DNA of 37,684 bases from Chiloscyllium plagiosum (taxonomy: Eukaryota): NCBI RefSeq assembly GCF_004010195.1, contig NC_057718.1:3634203-3671886 (forward strand), written 5' to 3'. Position 1 is the first letter of the stretch, and the number at the start of each line of letters is the position of its first letter. Shown one piece after another: positions 1 through 10,112 of this stretch. The notes under the pieces were generated by a model. That model was not told the DNA's origin, made no database searches, and saw nothing but the letters and a program-made list of their open reading frames with translations. The position numbers were made by a program, and so were the translations under genes.

Positions 1-980
1 TCAATCCCATGTTGTCCAATAGCCTGACTCTCAGTATTCTCCTCAACAACATTGTCTTTTTCCACTGTGAATACTGACACAATATATTCATTTAGTGCTT
101 CCCCTATCCCCTCAGACTCCATGCACAACTTTCCACTAATGTGTTTGATTGGCCCTAAACTTTCTCTTGTCATACTTTTGTTCCTAATATATCTACAGAA
201 AGCTTTAGCGTTTTGCTTGATCCTACTTGCCAATGACCTCTCATGTCTCTTCCTGGCATTTCTTAGCTCTCTCTTTCTGTCTTTCCTGGCTAACTTGTAA
301 CTCTCAAGTGACCTAATTGACCCTCCACATATCATCCAGACATAATCTTCCTTCGTCCTCTTAACAACAGCTTCAACATCTTTAGTAAACCATGGCTCCC
401 TCTTTTGACCACTTCCTCCCTGCCTGACAGGTATATTCTTACTAAGGGCACACAGTAGCTGTTCCTTGAATATGCTCCAGATTTCAATTGTGCCCACTCC
501 CTGCAGTTACCGTCCCCAATCTCTGCATTCTAAATCTTGTCTAATCATACCGTAATTGCCTTTCCCCCTGCAATAACTCTTGCCTTGTGTTATATACATA
601 TCCCTTTCCACCACTAAAGTAAGCATAACCGAATTGTGGTCAGTATCAACAAAGTGCGCACCTACCTCCAAATCTAACACATAGCTGGGTTCATTACCCA
701 ATACCATATCCAATGTGACCTTACCCCTTGTTGGCCTGTCTACATACTGGGTCAAGAAACCCTCGTGCCCGCATTGGACAAAACTGACCCATCTAAAACA
801 CTCGAACTATAGTATTTACAGTCAATATTTGGAAAGTTAAAGGCCGCCATAACAACAACGCTGTTACTCTCACTCCGATCCAAAGTTATCTGGGCTATCT
901 TTCCTCGACATCTCTGGAACTATTCGGAGGCCTATAGAAAACTTCCAACAGGGTGACCTTGCCTTTCCTGTTTCTAACCT
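1..980 (-). mobile_element. CR1-type LINE fragment (AP-endonuclease region of ORF2), decayed
   Basis: Minus ORF 507-755 TQYVDRPTRGKVTLDMVLGNEP...DTDHNSV matches the C-terminal motifs of CR1 AP endonuclease; disrupted frames. Confidence 0.9.
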
Positions 981-1229
981 TTATGACCTTGTAAAAGAAT
1001 CTCAAGAGTGCAAACCCATATTCATATGTGACTCTTTTTTAATCATTCCAAATTACAAAATTGATATATTTTACATACTATTTATCACCACAAAAGAGTG
1101 GAGATAAGGAGAGATGTTTTCATTGGAGAGTTGCTGGGATCTCAAACACACTCCCTGAAAATTTATTTCAAGCTGATTCCATAACGAATTTGATGAGGAA
1201 TTTGAACAGGTATTTGAGGACGAGGAATG

Positions 1230-4200
1230 TCCATTTTGAACAGAGCAGTGAGGAGAGAGGGCTGAGAGAAATGAGGGGCTGCTGGTTAAGACAGTTTTTC
1301 CCACTTAAAACGGGACTTAGCCCGAGAGTTCGGGCCTCCATTTTGAACAGAGCAGTGAGGAGAGAGGGCAAAGAGAAATGAGGGCTGCCGGGATGTTTTT
1401 AAGTGGATGAGATCTAAACTCAAGACCCTACACTGTAGGGCCTCCCTCCCACCCACCTCCTCTAACCTTACCAAGAGTCTGTAAACTCGGTAAGTTTTCA
1501 GGTTTTCTCTTTCTTTTTCTTTTCTTCTCTTCCTTTGTTTATTCTTGTGCAGGCTTTTAGATTAGCAGGTTATGGCTGATAGGGCAGTTGCATGTTTGTC
1601 CTGCAGAATGTGGCAGGTGAGAGACACAACACATGTCTCTGCCGGCCACATCTGTGGGAAGTGGACCCAACACTAGCTCCTCAAAAACTGGGGTAGGGAA
1701 CTGAAGCTTGAGCTGAATGAACTGCAGATCATCCGGGAGGCTAAGGGAAAAATTGAGAGAATGTACAGGAAGGTGGTCACTCCTCAGACACAGGATAAGG
1801 ACAGCTGGGTTACAGTCAGGGGGAGAAAAGGGAACTAACGGATAGAGCAGGGATCCCTTGTGGCCGTTCCCTCAGCAATAAGTGTACCGTTTTGGATGCT
1901 GGTGGTAGTGACAGCCTACCAGGGGAAAGCCATAGTTGTCAGGTCTCTGGCACTGAGGCTCAGAAGGGAAGGGGCAGAATAGAAAAGTGCTAGTGGTAGA
2001 GGACTCAATAGTTAGACGAATTAACAGGAGATTTTGTGGTCAGGAACGGGACTTTGGAAAATATGTTGCCTCGTCGGTGCCAGGATCCGGGATGTAACCA
2101 ATCAGGTTTACAGGATTCTGAAGGGGGACGGGGAGCAGCCAGAAATCATGGTACATGTTGGCACCAGTGATATAGCCAGGAAAGGGATTGAGGGTCTGAA
2201 AAGTGCCTACAGAGAGCTAGGTTGGAAACTTAAGAGAAGGATGAGTAGAGTAGTGTTCTCAGGTTTGCTACTGGTGCCATGAGATAGTGAGATGAGGAAT
2301 AGTCAGTGAATGGAGCTTAACATGTGGCTGCGAGGCTGGTGCAGGAGGGAGGGCTTCAGACACCAAGACCATTGGGATGCCTTCTGGGGAAGGTGGGACC
2401 TGTACATGAAGGACGGGTTGCACCTGAATTGGAGTGGTACAAATGTACAGGGTGTGAGATTGGCTCGTGCAGTTTGGGAGGGTTTAAACTAGTTTGGCAA
2501 GGGGGTGGAAATCAGAACTACCTATCTGAGAGGAGGGTAGTTGTAGATGGGGCAGTGACAGGACATAGTGAATCTATCAGTAAGGTTATTCATATGATGG
2601 AACAAAGGGATTGGTTAAAGTGTGTCTGATTTAATGCAACGAATGTCAGAAATAAGAGTGATGAACTTAGAGCATGGATCAGTACTTGGGTTTATGATGT
2701 TGTAGCCATAACGGAGACGTGGGCTTCACAGGGGCAGGAATGGTTGCTAGATGTTCCAGGGTTTAGAACATTTAAAAAGAGCTGGGCAGGTGGAAAAAGA
2801 GGAGGGGGTGTAGCATTGCTAATCAGAGAGTGCGCCACAGCTACAGAAACGAAGGTTGCCAAGGAAGGTTTGTCTACTGAGTCAGTATGGGTGGAAGTTA
2901 GGAACAGCAAAGGAGCAGCCACCTCATTGGGGGTTTTCTACAGACCCCTAATAGACGTACAGAGATTGAAGAACCCATCGGCTAACAGATTTTGGAAAAA
3001 TACAAATGTTTTTATGGGTGACTTCAACTTTCCCAATATTGACTGGAACCTCCTTAGTGTAGATGGTTTGGGTGGATCCATTTTCATAAGGCGTGTTCAG
3101 GGTGCTTTTGTTACTCAGTATCTTGACAGGCCAATGAGGGGAGAGGCCATTTGCGATTTAGTGCCTGCCAATGAGCCAGAACAGGTGTCAGATCTCGCGG
3201 TGCGTGAACACTTTGGTGACAGTGACCACAACTGTCTTACATTTGCCATAGTCTTGGAGAGGGAAAGGAGCAGTTATCAAGGGAAGATATTTAATTGGGG
3301 AAAAGGAAATTATGACACTATTAGACAGGAGTTGAGAAGTACAGATTGGGAGCAATTGTTCCACTGAAAGGGCACAACAGACATATGGAGACTGTTCAAG
3401 GAGCAGTTGTTGCGAGAGATGCACAAATTTGTTCCTCTGAGACAGGAAGAAGGGGTAAGGTTAAGGAGCCTTGGATGATGAGAACAGAGGAGCTTCTCAT
3501 CAAAAGGAAGAAGGCAGCTTAGATCAGCAGTAGATCTAGCACAGCTTTAGAGGATTACAGGCTTGCAAGAAAGGAGCTCAGACATGGACTGAGGATAGCC
3601 AGGAGGGTACACGAAAAAGGCTTCGCACGAAGGATTAGGGAGAACCCAAAGTCATATTACTCATTCGTGAGGAAGAACAGAATGATTAGGGAGAAGGTAG
3701 GGCAAGTCAGGGATAGCATAGGAAACTTGTGCATGGAATCTGAGCAGATAGGGGAAACCATAAATGCATTTTTTGCTTCGGTTTTCACTGAGGGAAGGGA
3801 CCTTGTTGTGAATGAGAAATTTGAGGAGCTGGGAAACAGACTTGAACAGATCAAGATTGACGAAGTTGATGTGCTGGAAATTTTGGCAAACATGAAGATT
3901 GGTAAGTTTCCAGAGCCAGAACAGAATTATCCTAGGTTGCTCCAGGAAGCAGGAAAGGAGGTTGCCATGCCACTGATGAAGATCTTTCTTCCTCACTCTC
4001 CACGGAACTCATGCCAGAGGATTGGAAGGTTGCAAATGTTGTTCCTCTTTTCAAGAAAGGGAGTAGGGAAATCCTTGGCAATTACAGACCAGTCAGTCTT
4101 ACGTCTGTGGTCAGCAAGATTTTGGAAATAATTCTGAGGGATTTTATTTATGACTATTTGGAAAAGTATAGCATGATTAAAGGCAGTCAGCATGGCTTTG

Positions 4201-4820
4201 TGAGGGGCAGGTCTTGCCTCACAAATCTTATTGAGTTCTTTGAGGAGGTGACAAGACAGATTGACGAAGGTCGAGCAGTGGCTGTCGTGTATATGGACTT
4301 CAGCAAGGCACTTGATAAGGTTCCACCAGTAGGCTCATTCATAAAATCAGGAGGTATTGGATACAGCAAGATTTGGCTGACCTGATTCAGAATCGGATGG
4401 CTGACAGAAGGCAGGAAGTGGTTATAGTTAGAAAGTATTCTGCCTGGAGGTCAGTGGTGAGTGGTGTCCCGCAGGGCTCTGTTCTTGGCCTCTGCTCTTT
4501 GTCGTTTTTATAAATGAATTGGATGAGGAGGTTGAGGGGTGGGTTAGTAAATTTGCTAATGACACAAAGTTTGGAGGTGCCATTGATAATATCGAGAGCT
4601 ACTGCAGGCTGCAGCATGACATAGACAGGATACAGAGCTGGGCTGAGAAATGGCAGATGGGGTTCAACCTGGATAAATGCAAAGTGATGCATTTTGGAAG
4701 GTCGAACCTGAATGCTGACTATAAGATTAAAGATAGGATTCTTGGCAGTATAAAGGAGCAGAGGGATCTTGGTGTTCAAGTGCATAGATCCCTCAAAGTT
4801 GCCACCCAAGTGGATAGTGT
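1230..4820 (+). mobile_element. Near full-length CR1 LINE (5'UTR, zinc-finger/leucine-zipper + SGNH esterase ORF1, APE-RT ORF2), 3'-truncated
   Basis: ORF1 from ATG 1572 (MADRAVACLSCRMW...; CCLVGARIRDV...VHVGTSD; DGLHLN). ORF2: GGGVALLI, GDFNFPNIDW, SDHN, PEDWKVANVVPLFKKG, NYRPVSLTS, QHGFVRGRSCLTNL, YMDFSKA, SKFANDTK. Many stops and frameshifts; homology stops at ~4820. Confidence 0.95.
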
Positions 4821-4906
4821 TATTCCCCTCACCATCTTTCCCAGTTGAAAGAGCTCGATTGAGACTTGGCTCCATTCTGAAGAGGTTTCATTCTGTTTTC
4901 TTTCAG

Positions 4907-4950
4907 ATCGAACACAGAGCAGTGAGCAAGCAGCAGTTCCTCCTGTTGTG
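4907..4950 (+). CDS. Putative penultimate coding exon of an inhibitory immune receptor cytoplasmic tail: (D)RTQSSEQAAVPPVV
   Basis: Acceptor ttctgttttctttcAG (AG 4905-4906), donor GTG|GTAAGG at 4951; 44 nt, entered in phase 1 and left in phase 0, so it joins the 5982 exon in frame. Confidence 0.6.
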
Positions 4951-5649
4951 GTAAGGAAATGGGACACCATTGTTGTTTTTTGCTGCATTTTGATATCCAG
5001 GAGGAATATCAGTATCACCAGAACGATTACAAATCATAATTTATAGCACACAGAAAGTTTCTGTTCCACAACAGGCTTTGACAGAAAATAATCAAAGAGC
5101 AATCAATCATTTCCTTCTTTTTAATCTTGGGACAAGTTGCATGAACAGAAATGTCCACAACTTTCGAGTGCCTGGGAAATGCTCTCACATTTTGTGGGAT
5201 TACCATCACAGAGAGAATGCCCTGGGGTCTATGTTCCTCCTAATGGATTGGTCAGGTGCAGGGGACCGTCTGAGGGCTGAGATTAAGAAGAGGAATGAGC
5301 CAGTACCTTGTGGCTGTAATTCAATCTCAATTCCATCTTCCTTCGCCATCCCCAATGTTCTTCATTCCCTCAATATCCAACCGATTGCTGTCTGGTGTCT
5401 GTGAGGAGCTGAAACCCATAACAAGCCCTGGGTCAGGAAGATTCAATCCCTGCTCTGCTCCAACTGAGCTGACTGCAGTTGGAGGAGAGAGGAGCTTGGC
5501 TCCATTGACCTCAGCACCCGAGATTAAGAAGGGGGTGAAGAGCCAGAATTCCAGCTTTCCCCTCCTGGATCATGATCCAGACATCCTTGGATAGCAGCCA
5601 GGGCTCATTGGGGACTCTTGCTGCTCATTCAGATGGATATCGATTCAAG

Positions 5650-5930
5650 CCTCAGTCACAGATTTGAGCACAGATTTTGGGCTGACCCTCCAGGGCAGTA
5701 CTGAGGGAGTGCTGCTCTGTAAAAGCTGCCCCTCTTTAGGGCGAAGAGTTAAGACTGCATCCTTTCTGCTGCCTCGGATGGATGTAAAACATCCCTGGGC
5801 ATTACTTTGGCAGAGAGCAGAGAGGTTCTGCTGAACTCCCTGGGTAATATGTGTCCATTCCCCAACATTCACCAAAACTGACCATCTGCTCAGCGCTGCT
5901 GCTGGAATCTTGCTGTGTACAAATGAGCAC
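5650..5930 (+). mobile_element. Degraded Deu-domain SINE (SacSINE1/AmnSINE1-like) in the last intron
   Basis: cagtactgagggagtgctgc...ggatgtaaaacatccctgggcattact...cttgctgtgtacaaatg resembles my recollection of the shark DeuSINE body. Confidence 0.6.
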
Positions 5931-5981
5931 CTCCCGGTGCCTGTGAGGAAATTACTGAGTGATGTTTGTGTTTGATTCCAG

Positions 5982-6104
5982 CTAGCTGAAGGGGAATGTC
6001 ATTATGCTGAGGTTCACTTTCATCGACAAGGAAGCAGCCAGCCGACAGTGACAGCTGCTGAAAGGAGCTCAGAGTACGCAGTTATAAAATGGGACAGAAA
6101 CTGA
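5982..6104 (+). CDS. Putative terminal coding exon with tandem ITIM-like motifs (Siglec/CD33-related-like): LAEGECHYAEVHFHRQGSSQPTVTAAERSSEYAVIKWDRN*
   Basis: Acceptor tttgtgtttgattccAG (5980-5981); 40 codons then TGA 6102-6104; motifs CHYAEV and SEYAVI with tyrosines 24 residues apart. Confidence 0.75.
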   Translation, partial: LAEGECHYAEVHFHRQGSSQPTVTAAERSSEYAVIKWDRN

Positions 6105-6240
6105 AGTTCAACAGGACCCTTTCACTCTGCAGCAAGGAGCAGCCAAGAACAGCTCACTCGAACAGACTCATCTTGGCTTCAACTTCACATTCACCCAGAT
6201 TCAGGCTTCCTCACCAACAATTGCCTCATGTCCATATGTT

Positions 6241-6421
6241 CCCAGACCCTGAGATTATTGGGCACTCAAACCCTCCCAGAGCCTGAGATTACTGCACACT
6301 CAGACCCTCCCAGACACTGAGATTACTGGGCACTCAGACCCTCCCAGACCCTGAGATTACTGAGCACTCTGATTCTCTCTGACCCTGAGAGTACTGGGCA
6401 CTCTAATCCTCTCAGACCGTG
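6241..6421. repeat. 34-bp minisatellite, left part (5 units + 11 nt); consensus CCCAGACCCTGAGATTACTGGGCACTCAGACCCT
   Basis: Units start at 6241, 6275, 6309, 6343, 6377 and 6411. Confidence 0.95.
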
Positions 6422-7556
6422 GTAGAACCTGGAACAGTACAGCACATGAATGGGCCCTTTGGCCCACGATGTTGTGCTGAACATTATGCCAAATTAAACT
6501 AATCCTTTCTGCCTGCCCTTGGTCCATATCCCTCCATTCCTTGAATATTCATGTAGCTTGTTTAAAAGTGCCTTAAATTCCCCGATTGTAACTGGCTCCA
6601 CCGCTAGTCCTGGCAATGGGTTCCAGACTCCTCCCACTCTGTGTGAAATGACTGCCCCTCATGTCTCCTGTGAACGTCCCCTCTCTCACCTTAAATGCAT
6701 ACCCCATAGTATTAGACATTTCAACTCTGGGAAAAGGATTCTGATCATCGATCATATCTATGCATCTCATTGTCTAATGGACTTCTATCAAACCTCTCCT
6801 TGGCCTCTGCTGCTCCAGAGAAAACAACCCAAGTTTTTCTAGCCTCTCCTTTTGGCTCATATCCTCTCATCCAGGCAGCCTCCTGGTAAACCTCTTCTGC
6901 ACCCTCACCAAAGCCTCCACATCCTTCCTGTAATGTGGCAATCAGGAGTGAATGCAATACTCTAATATGGCCTAACCGAAGTCTTATAAAGCTGCAACGT
7001 GACAACCTACTCTCGTACCAATCAGGCAGAAGTGGGTACTGCAGATTAGAGTCAAGATTGAAGTGGTTCTGGAAAAGCCCAGCAGATCAGGCAGCATCCG
7101 AGGAGCAGGAAAATCAATGTTTCGGGCAAAAGCCCTTCATCAGGAAGCATCAATTTTCCTGCTCATCTGATGCTGCCTGCCCTGCTGTGCTCTTGTACTC
7201 AATTCCCTGGCCAATAAATGCAAGCATGCTTAAGCCTTCTTGACAACCCTATCTACTTGCGTAACCACTTTCAGGGAGCAGTGAACTTGGACCTCGAGTC
7301 TCTCTCTACATAATTGTTTTTCAAGGTCTTGCTATTAACTGTCTACTTTTCCTTAACATTTGACCTCCCAAAGTGCAACACCTCACACTTGCACAGATTA
7401 AACACCACCTGCCATTTCTCCACCCATATCTGCCACTGATCTATATCCCACTGTATCCTTTGACAACCTTCTATCCTATCCACAACTCCAGTGATCTTTG
7501 TATCACCTGCAAATGTACTAATCCACCATCTACATTTTCATCTAAGTCATTGATAT
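6422..7556 (-). mobile_element. CR1 LINE 3' part (continues at 23561-24035)
   Basis: CR1 3' tail next to 6422 and RT C-terminal sequence; breaks at ...tctaagtcattgatat, where an LTR begins. Confidence 0.85.
7024..7190. mobile_element. Short fold-back Penelope terminal fragment with a hammerhead motif on the minus strand (~7113-7146)
   Basis: caggcagcatccgaggagcaggaaaatcaatg ... catcaattttcctgctcatctgatgctgcctg form inverted arms; the minus strand reads CTGATGA-A-GGGC-TTTT-GCCC-GAAA. Confidence 0.8.
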
Positions 7557-8157
7557 TGTAATACAGCAGAGGTTGACCCCCTCCCCAAGAACTAAAACTA
7601 AAACATCCAAAGAGAAGCACCTTGCCCTAAAAATTGTAAAAGGAGTGGAGAAAATGATGTAACCTGCCTTTCAGCAACTTTTAATTATTAAATAAATTAA
7701 ACCCCTGACACTCACTCCACAATTAATAAGTAACAATTTAATTGTGTAACTACTCTAACAGTGACCAAATTAACTTAACTATTAATAAGCCAAATAAATA
7801 CTTTCTAACTACTAACTAGTCCCATATAAAACAAGGTTCTTCTGGTATGCTGTGCCAATAAATACAAGTCTCACTGATATAACAGAAAATAGCATTCCAT
7901 TTCTCAAAATTATAGCTGATTACATGTCTTCTGGAACCTTTTGTGCATTCACAATCAATTTTATGTCAAGAATAGAAACTGGCTGTGAGAATGGTTGTTA
8001 TTTAGATGGTGTTTTCTCTAAGACATACTGGAGGTTGTGAGAGCCAACAATTCTTTCTTGACAGCTAGGTGACATTAGCTCTAGTGGTCTCTGGGATCTT
8101 TGTCTAACTACCCCCTTCTTTTATACCCATGATGACATATCAATATTTCTTATATAG

Positions 8158-8886
8158 TGTTACAATACGGTAAACCCCTCTACTAATTTAAACCGGCAAC
8201 ACAGAAAAGATTCACCCCGTGCTGTAATCTGTTAAAATTTGAGAGGCAAAGTACTTTCCCAAAAGTCACCATTTAAAGTAAATATTAATAATTTTTTAAA
8301 AGTCTAACAAAGAATAATTAACTAACAACTATATATAGCTCCTTTCTCTAAACCTTTCTTTTACTTTCCCTTCTATAATACTGATCTGATAAAAATCCCA
8401 GTTACGATTTACAAAAACAAATCGTTTCAAAACCAGTCAGCTTTGCTGAGTGTCCTCTGTAGATTTTCCCCTGTCTTCTTTTCTTAAGGATTTTGCTTCA
8501 CAGGTCATTGATAGTTAAAGATACCTTTAAGAGAGCACATGTTTCTGTTAGCAGTCTCTCTAGTTGTTGGTGCTAGCTGCTCTTTTCCACTTTGGGTAAC
8601 TGTTCAAAATGTCTGATATTTATACCCCAAAACATTGGATCATTTCATTGGTTTAGTGTTGTCAAAATATTTTTTTTTCAAATTCGATTGGATTTTGGTA
8701 ACTTGGGGCATAATTTAAACTGATTGGCCAAATTTCAAATTTGGTTTTGTATCCTGGCAACACAGCTCTTAGCTGTTTCAACCAACTGTTACATTGGTTC
8801 CTTGTTCTGGGCTCTCTATGCTTCTCTAAATCCTTGGTAGCTTTTCAACGCTCTTAAAGGTACAGTACTCTTACACCTTCATAACA
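8158..8886. mobile_element. Solo LTR (family B), 729 bp, 4-bp TSD ATAG
   Basis: TGTTA...TAACA termini; ATAG at 8154-8157 and 8887-8890; homologous to 29589-30479. Confidence 0.9.
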
Positions 8887-8947
8887 ATAGGTTTGGTCCT
8901 ATGTTGCCAAAACCATCAGATTTAAATTTAATAGGTTTTAGCATCAG

Positions 8948-9148
8948 AATGAAAGTGAGGGCTGCAGATGCTGGAGATCAGAGTCAAAAAGTGTGGCATT
9001 GGAAAAGCACAGCTGGTCAGGCAGCATCCAAGGAGCAAGAGAGTTGATGTTTCAGGCATTCCTGATGAAGGGCTTCTGCCTGAAACATCAACTCTCCTGC
9101 TCCTTGGATGCAACCTGACCTGCTGAGTCACACTTTTTTGAGTTGTGA
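8948..9148. mobile_element. Short fold-back Penelope terminal fragment with a hammerhead motif on the plus strand (9058-9092)
   Basis: ggtcaggcagcatccaaggagcaagagagttgatgtttcaggca ... tgcctgaaacatcaactctcctgctccttggatgcaacctgacc are inverted arms; CTGATGA 9062-9068, GAAA 9082-9085. Confidence 0.85.
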
Positions 9149-9158
9149 TATCTAAGTG

Positions 9159-9306
9159 CAGGTATACCATCCTTTATCCAAAACCCTTGGGGCCAGCTGG
9201 TTTTCGGATTTCAGAATTGTTTTGAATTTTGGAATAAGTGACAGTTTCACGGTGAAATAAAAATATATATTGAACAGCCTACACACCTGGGTACTATGAG
9301 CGCTGA
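9159..9306. mobile_element. Possible Tc1/mariner-pogo (Tigger-like) DNA transposon end
   Basis: caggtataccatcctttatccaaaacccttggggccag...ttttcggatttc resembles Tigger4/Zombi-type termini from memory; the sister LTR has TA at the equivalent position; no second TIR seen. Confidence 0.4.
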
Positions 9307-10112
9307 GGTAAAAACAATGACTGCAGATGCTGGAAACCAGATTCTGGATTAGTGGTGCTGGAAAAGCACAGCAGTCCAGGCAGCATCCGAGACGCAGTAA
9401 AACCGATGTTTCAGGCAAAAGCCCTTCATTAGGAATACAGGCGGAGTGCCTGAAAGGTGGAGAGATAAGTGAGAGGAGAGTGGGGGTGGGGAGAAAGTAG
9501 CATATAGTACAATAGGTGAGTGGGGGTGGGGATACCCGCACCCGCAGGGTGAGGTGGGGGAAGGGGAAATGAGGAAACTGTTGAAGTCCACATTTGTGCA
9601 CTGGGGTTGAAGTTTTCTGAGGCGGAAGCTGAGGCATTCTTCCTCCAGGCTTCGGGTGGTGAGGGAGTGGCATGAAGGAGGCCCAGGACCTCCATGTCCT
9701 TGGCAGAGTTGGAGGGGAAGTTGAAATGTTGGGCCACAGGGCGGTGTGGTTGATTGGTGCGGGTGTCCCAGAGATGTTCCCTAAAGCGCTCTGCTAGGAG
9801 GCGTCCAGTCTCCCCAGTGTAGAGACAACCGCATCGGGAGCAATGGATACAATGAATGATATTGGTGGATGTGCAGGTAAAACTTTGATGGATGTGGAAG
9901 GCTCCTTTAGGGCCTTGGATGGACGTGAGGGAGGAGGTGTGGGCACAGGTTTTGCAATTCCTGCAGTGGCAGGGGAAGGTGCCAGGACGAGCGGGTGTCC
10001 ATGTTGAGTTGGTCGCCCGAGATAGAAATGGAGAGGTCTAGGAAGGGGAAGGAGGAGTCTGAGACTGTCCAAGTAAATTTGAGGTCGGGGTGGAAGGTGT
10101 TAGTAAAGTGGA
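9307..10112 (-). mobile_element. Penelope-like element arm (RT thumb fragment, GIY-YIG region, 3' tail), internally deleted
   Basis: HFTNTFHPDLKFTWTVSDSSFPFLDLSISI; AQHFNFPSNSAKDMEVLGLL; degenerate hammerhead at 9401-9436. Confidence 0.9.

Larger units (their letters stand above)
7557..9158 (-). mobile_element. Gypsy LTR (family A), interrupted and truncated
   Basis: Starts TGTAATA and is colinear with 20426-21100 (roughly three-quarters identical by eye); interrupted at 8158-8886 and 8948-9148. Confidence 0.8.

Noticed and set aside
5001..5039. Alternative short last exon EEYQYHQNDYKS* after an acceptor-like AG at 5000
   Set aside because: Would need a 50-nt intron from 4951, shorter than typical vertebrate introns; no other support.
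6241..6421. 34-bp repeats as a CRISPR array
   Set aside because: Head-to-tail units without spacers, vertebrate context, no cas genes.
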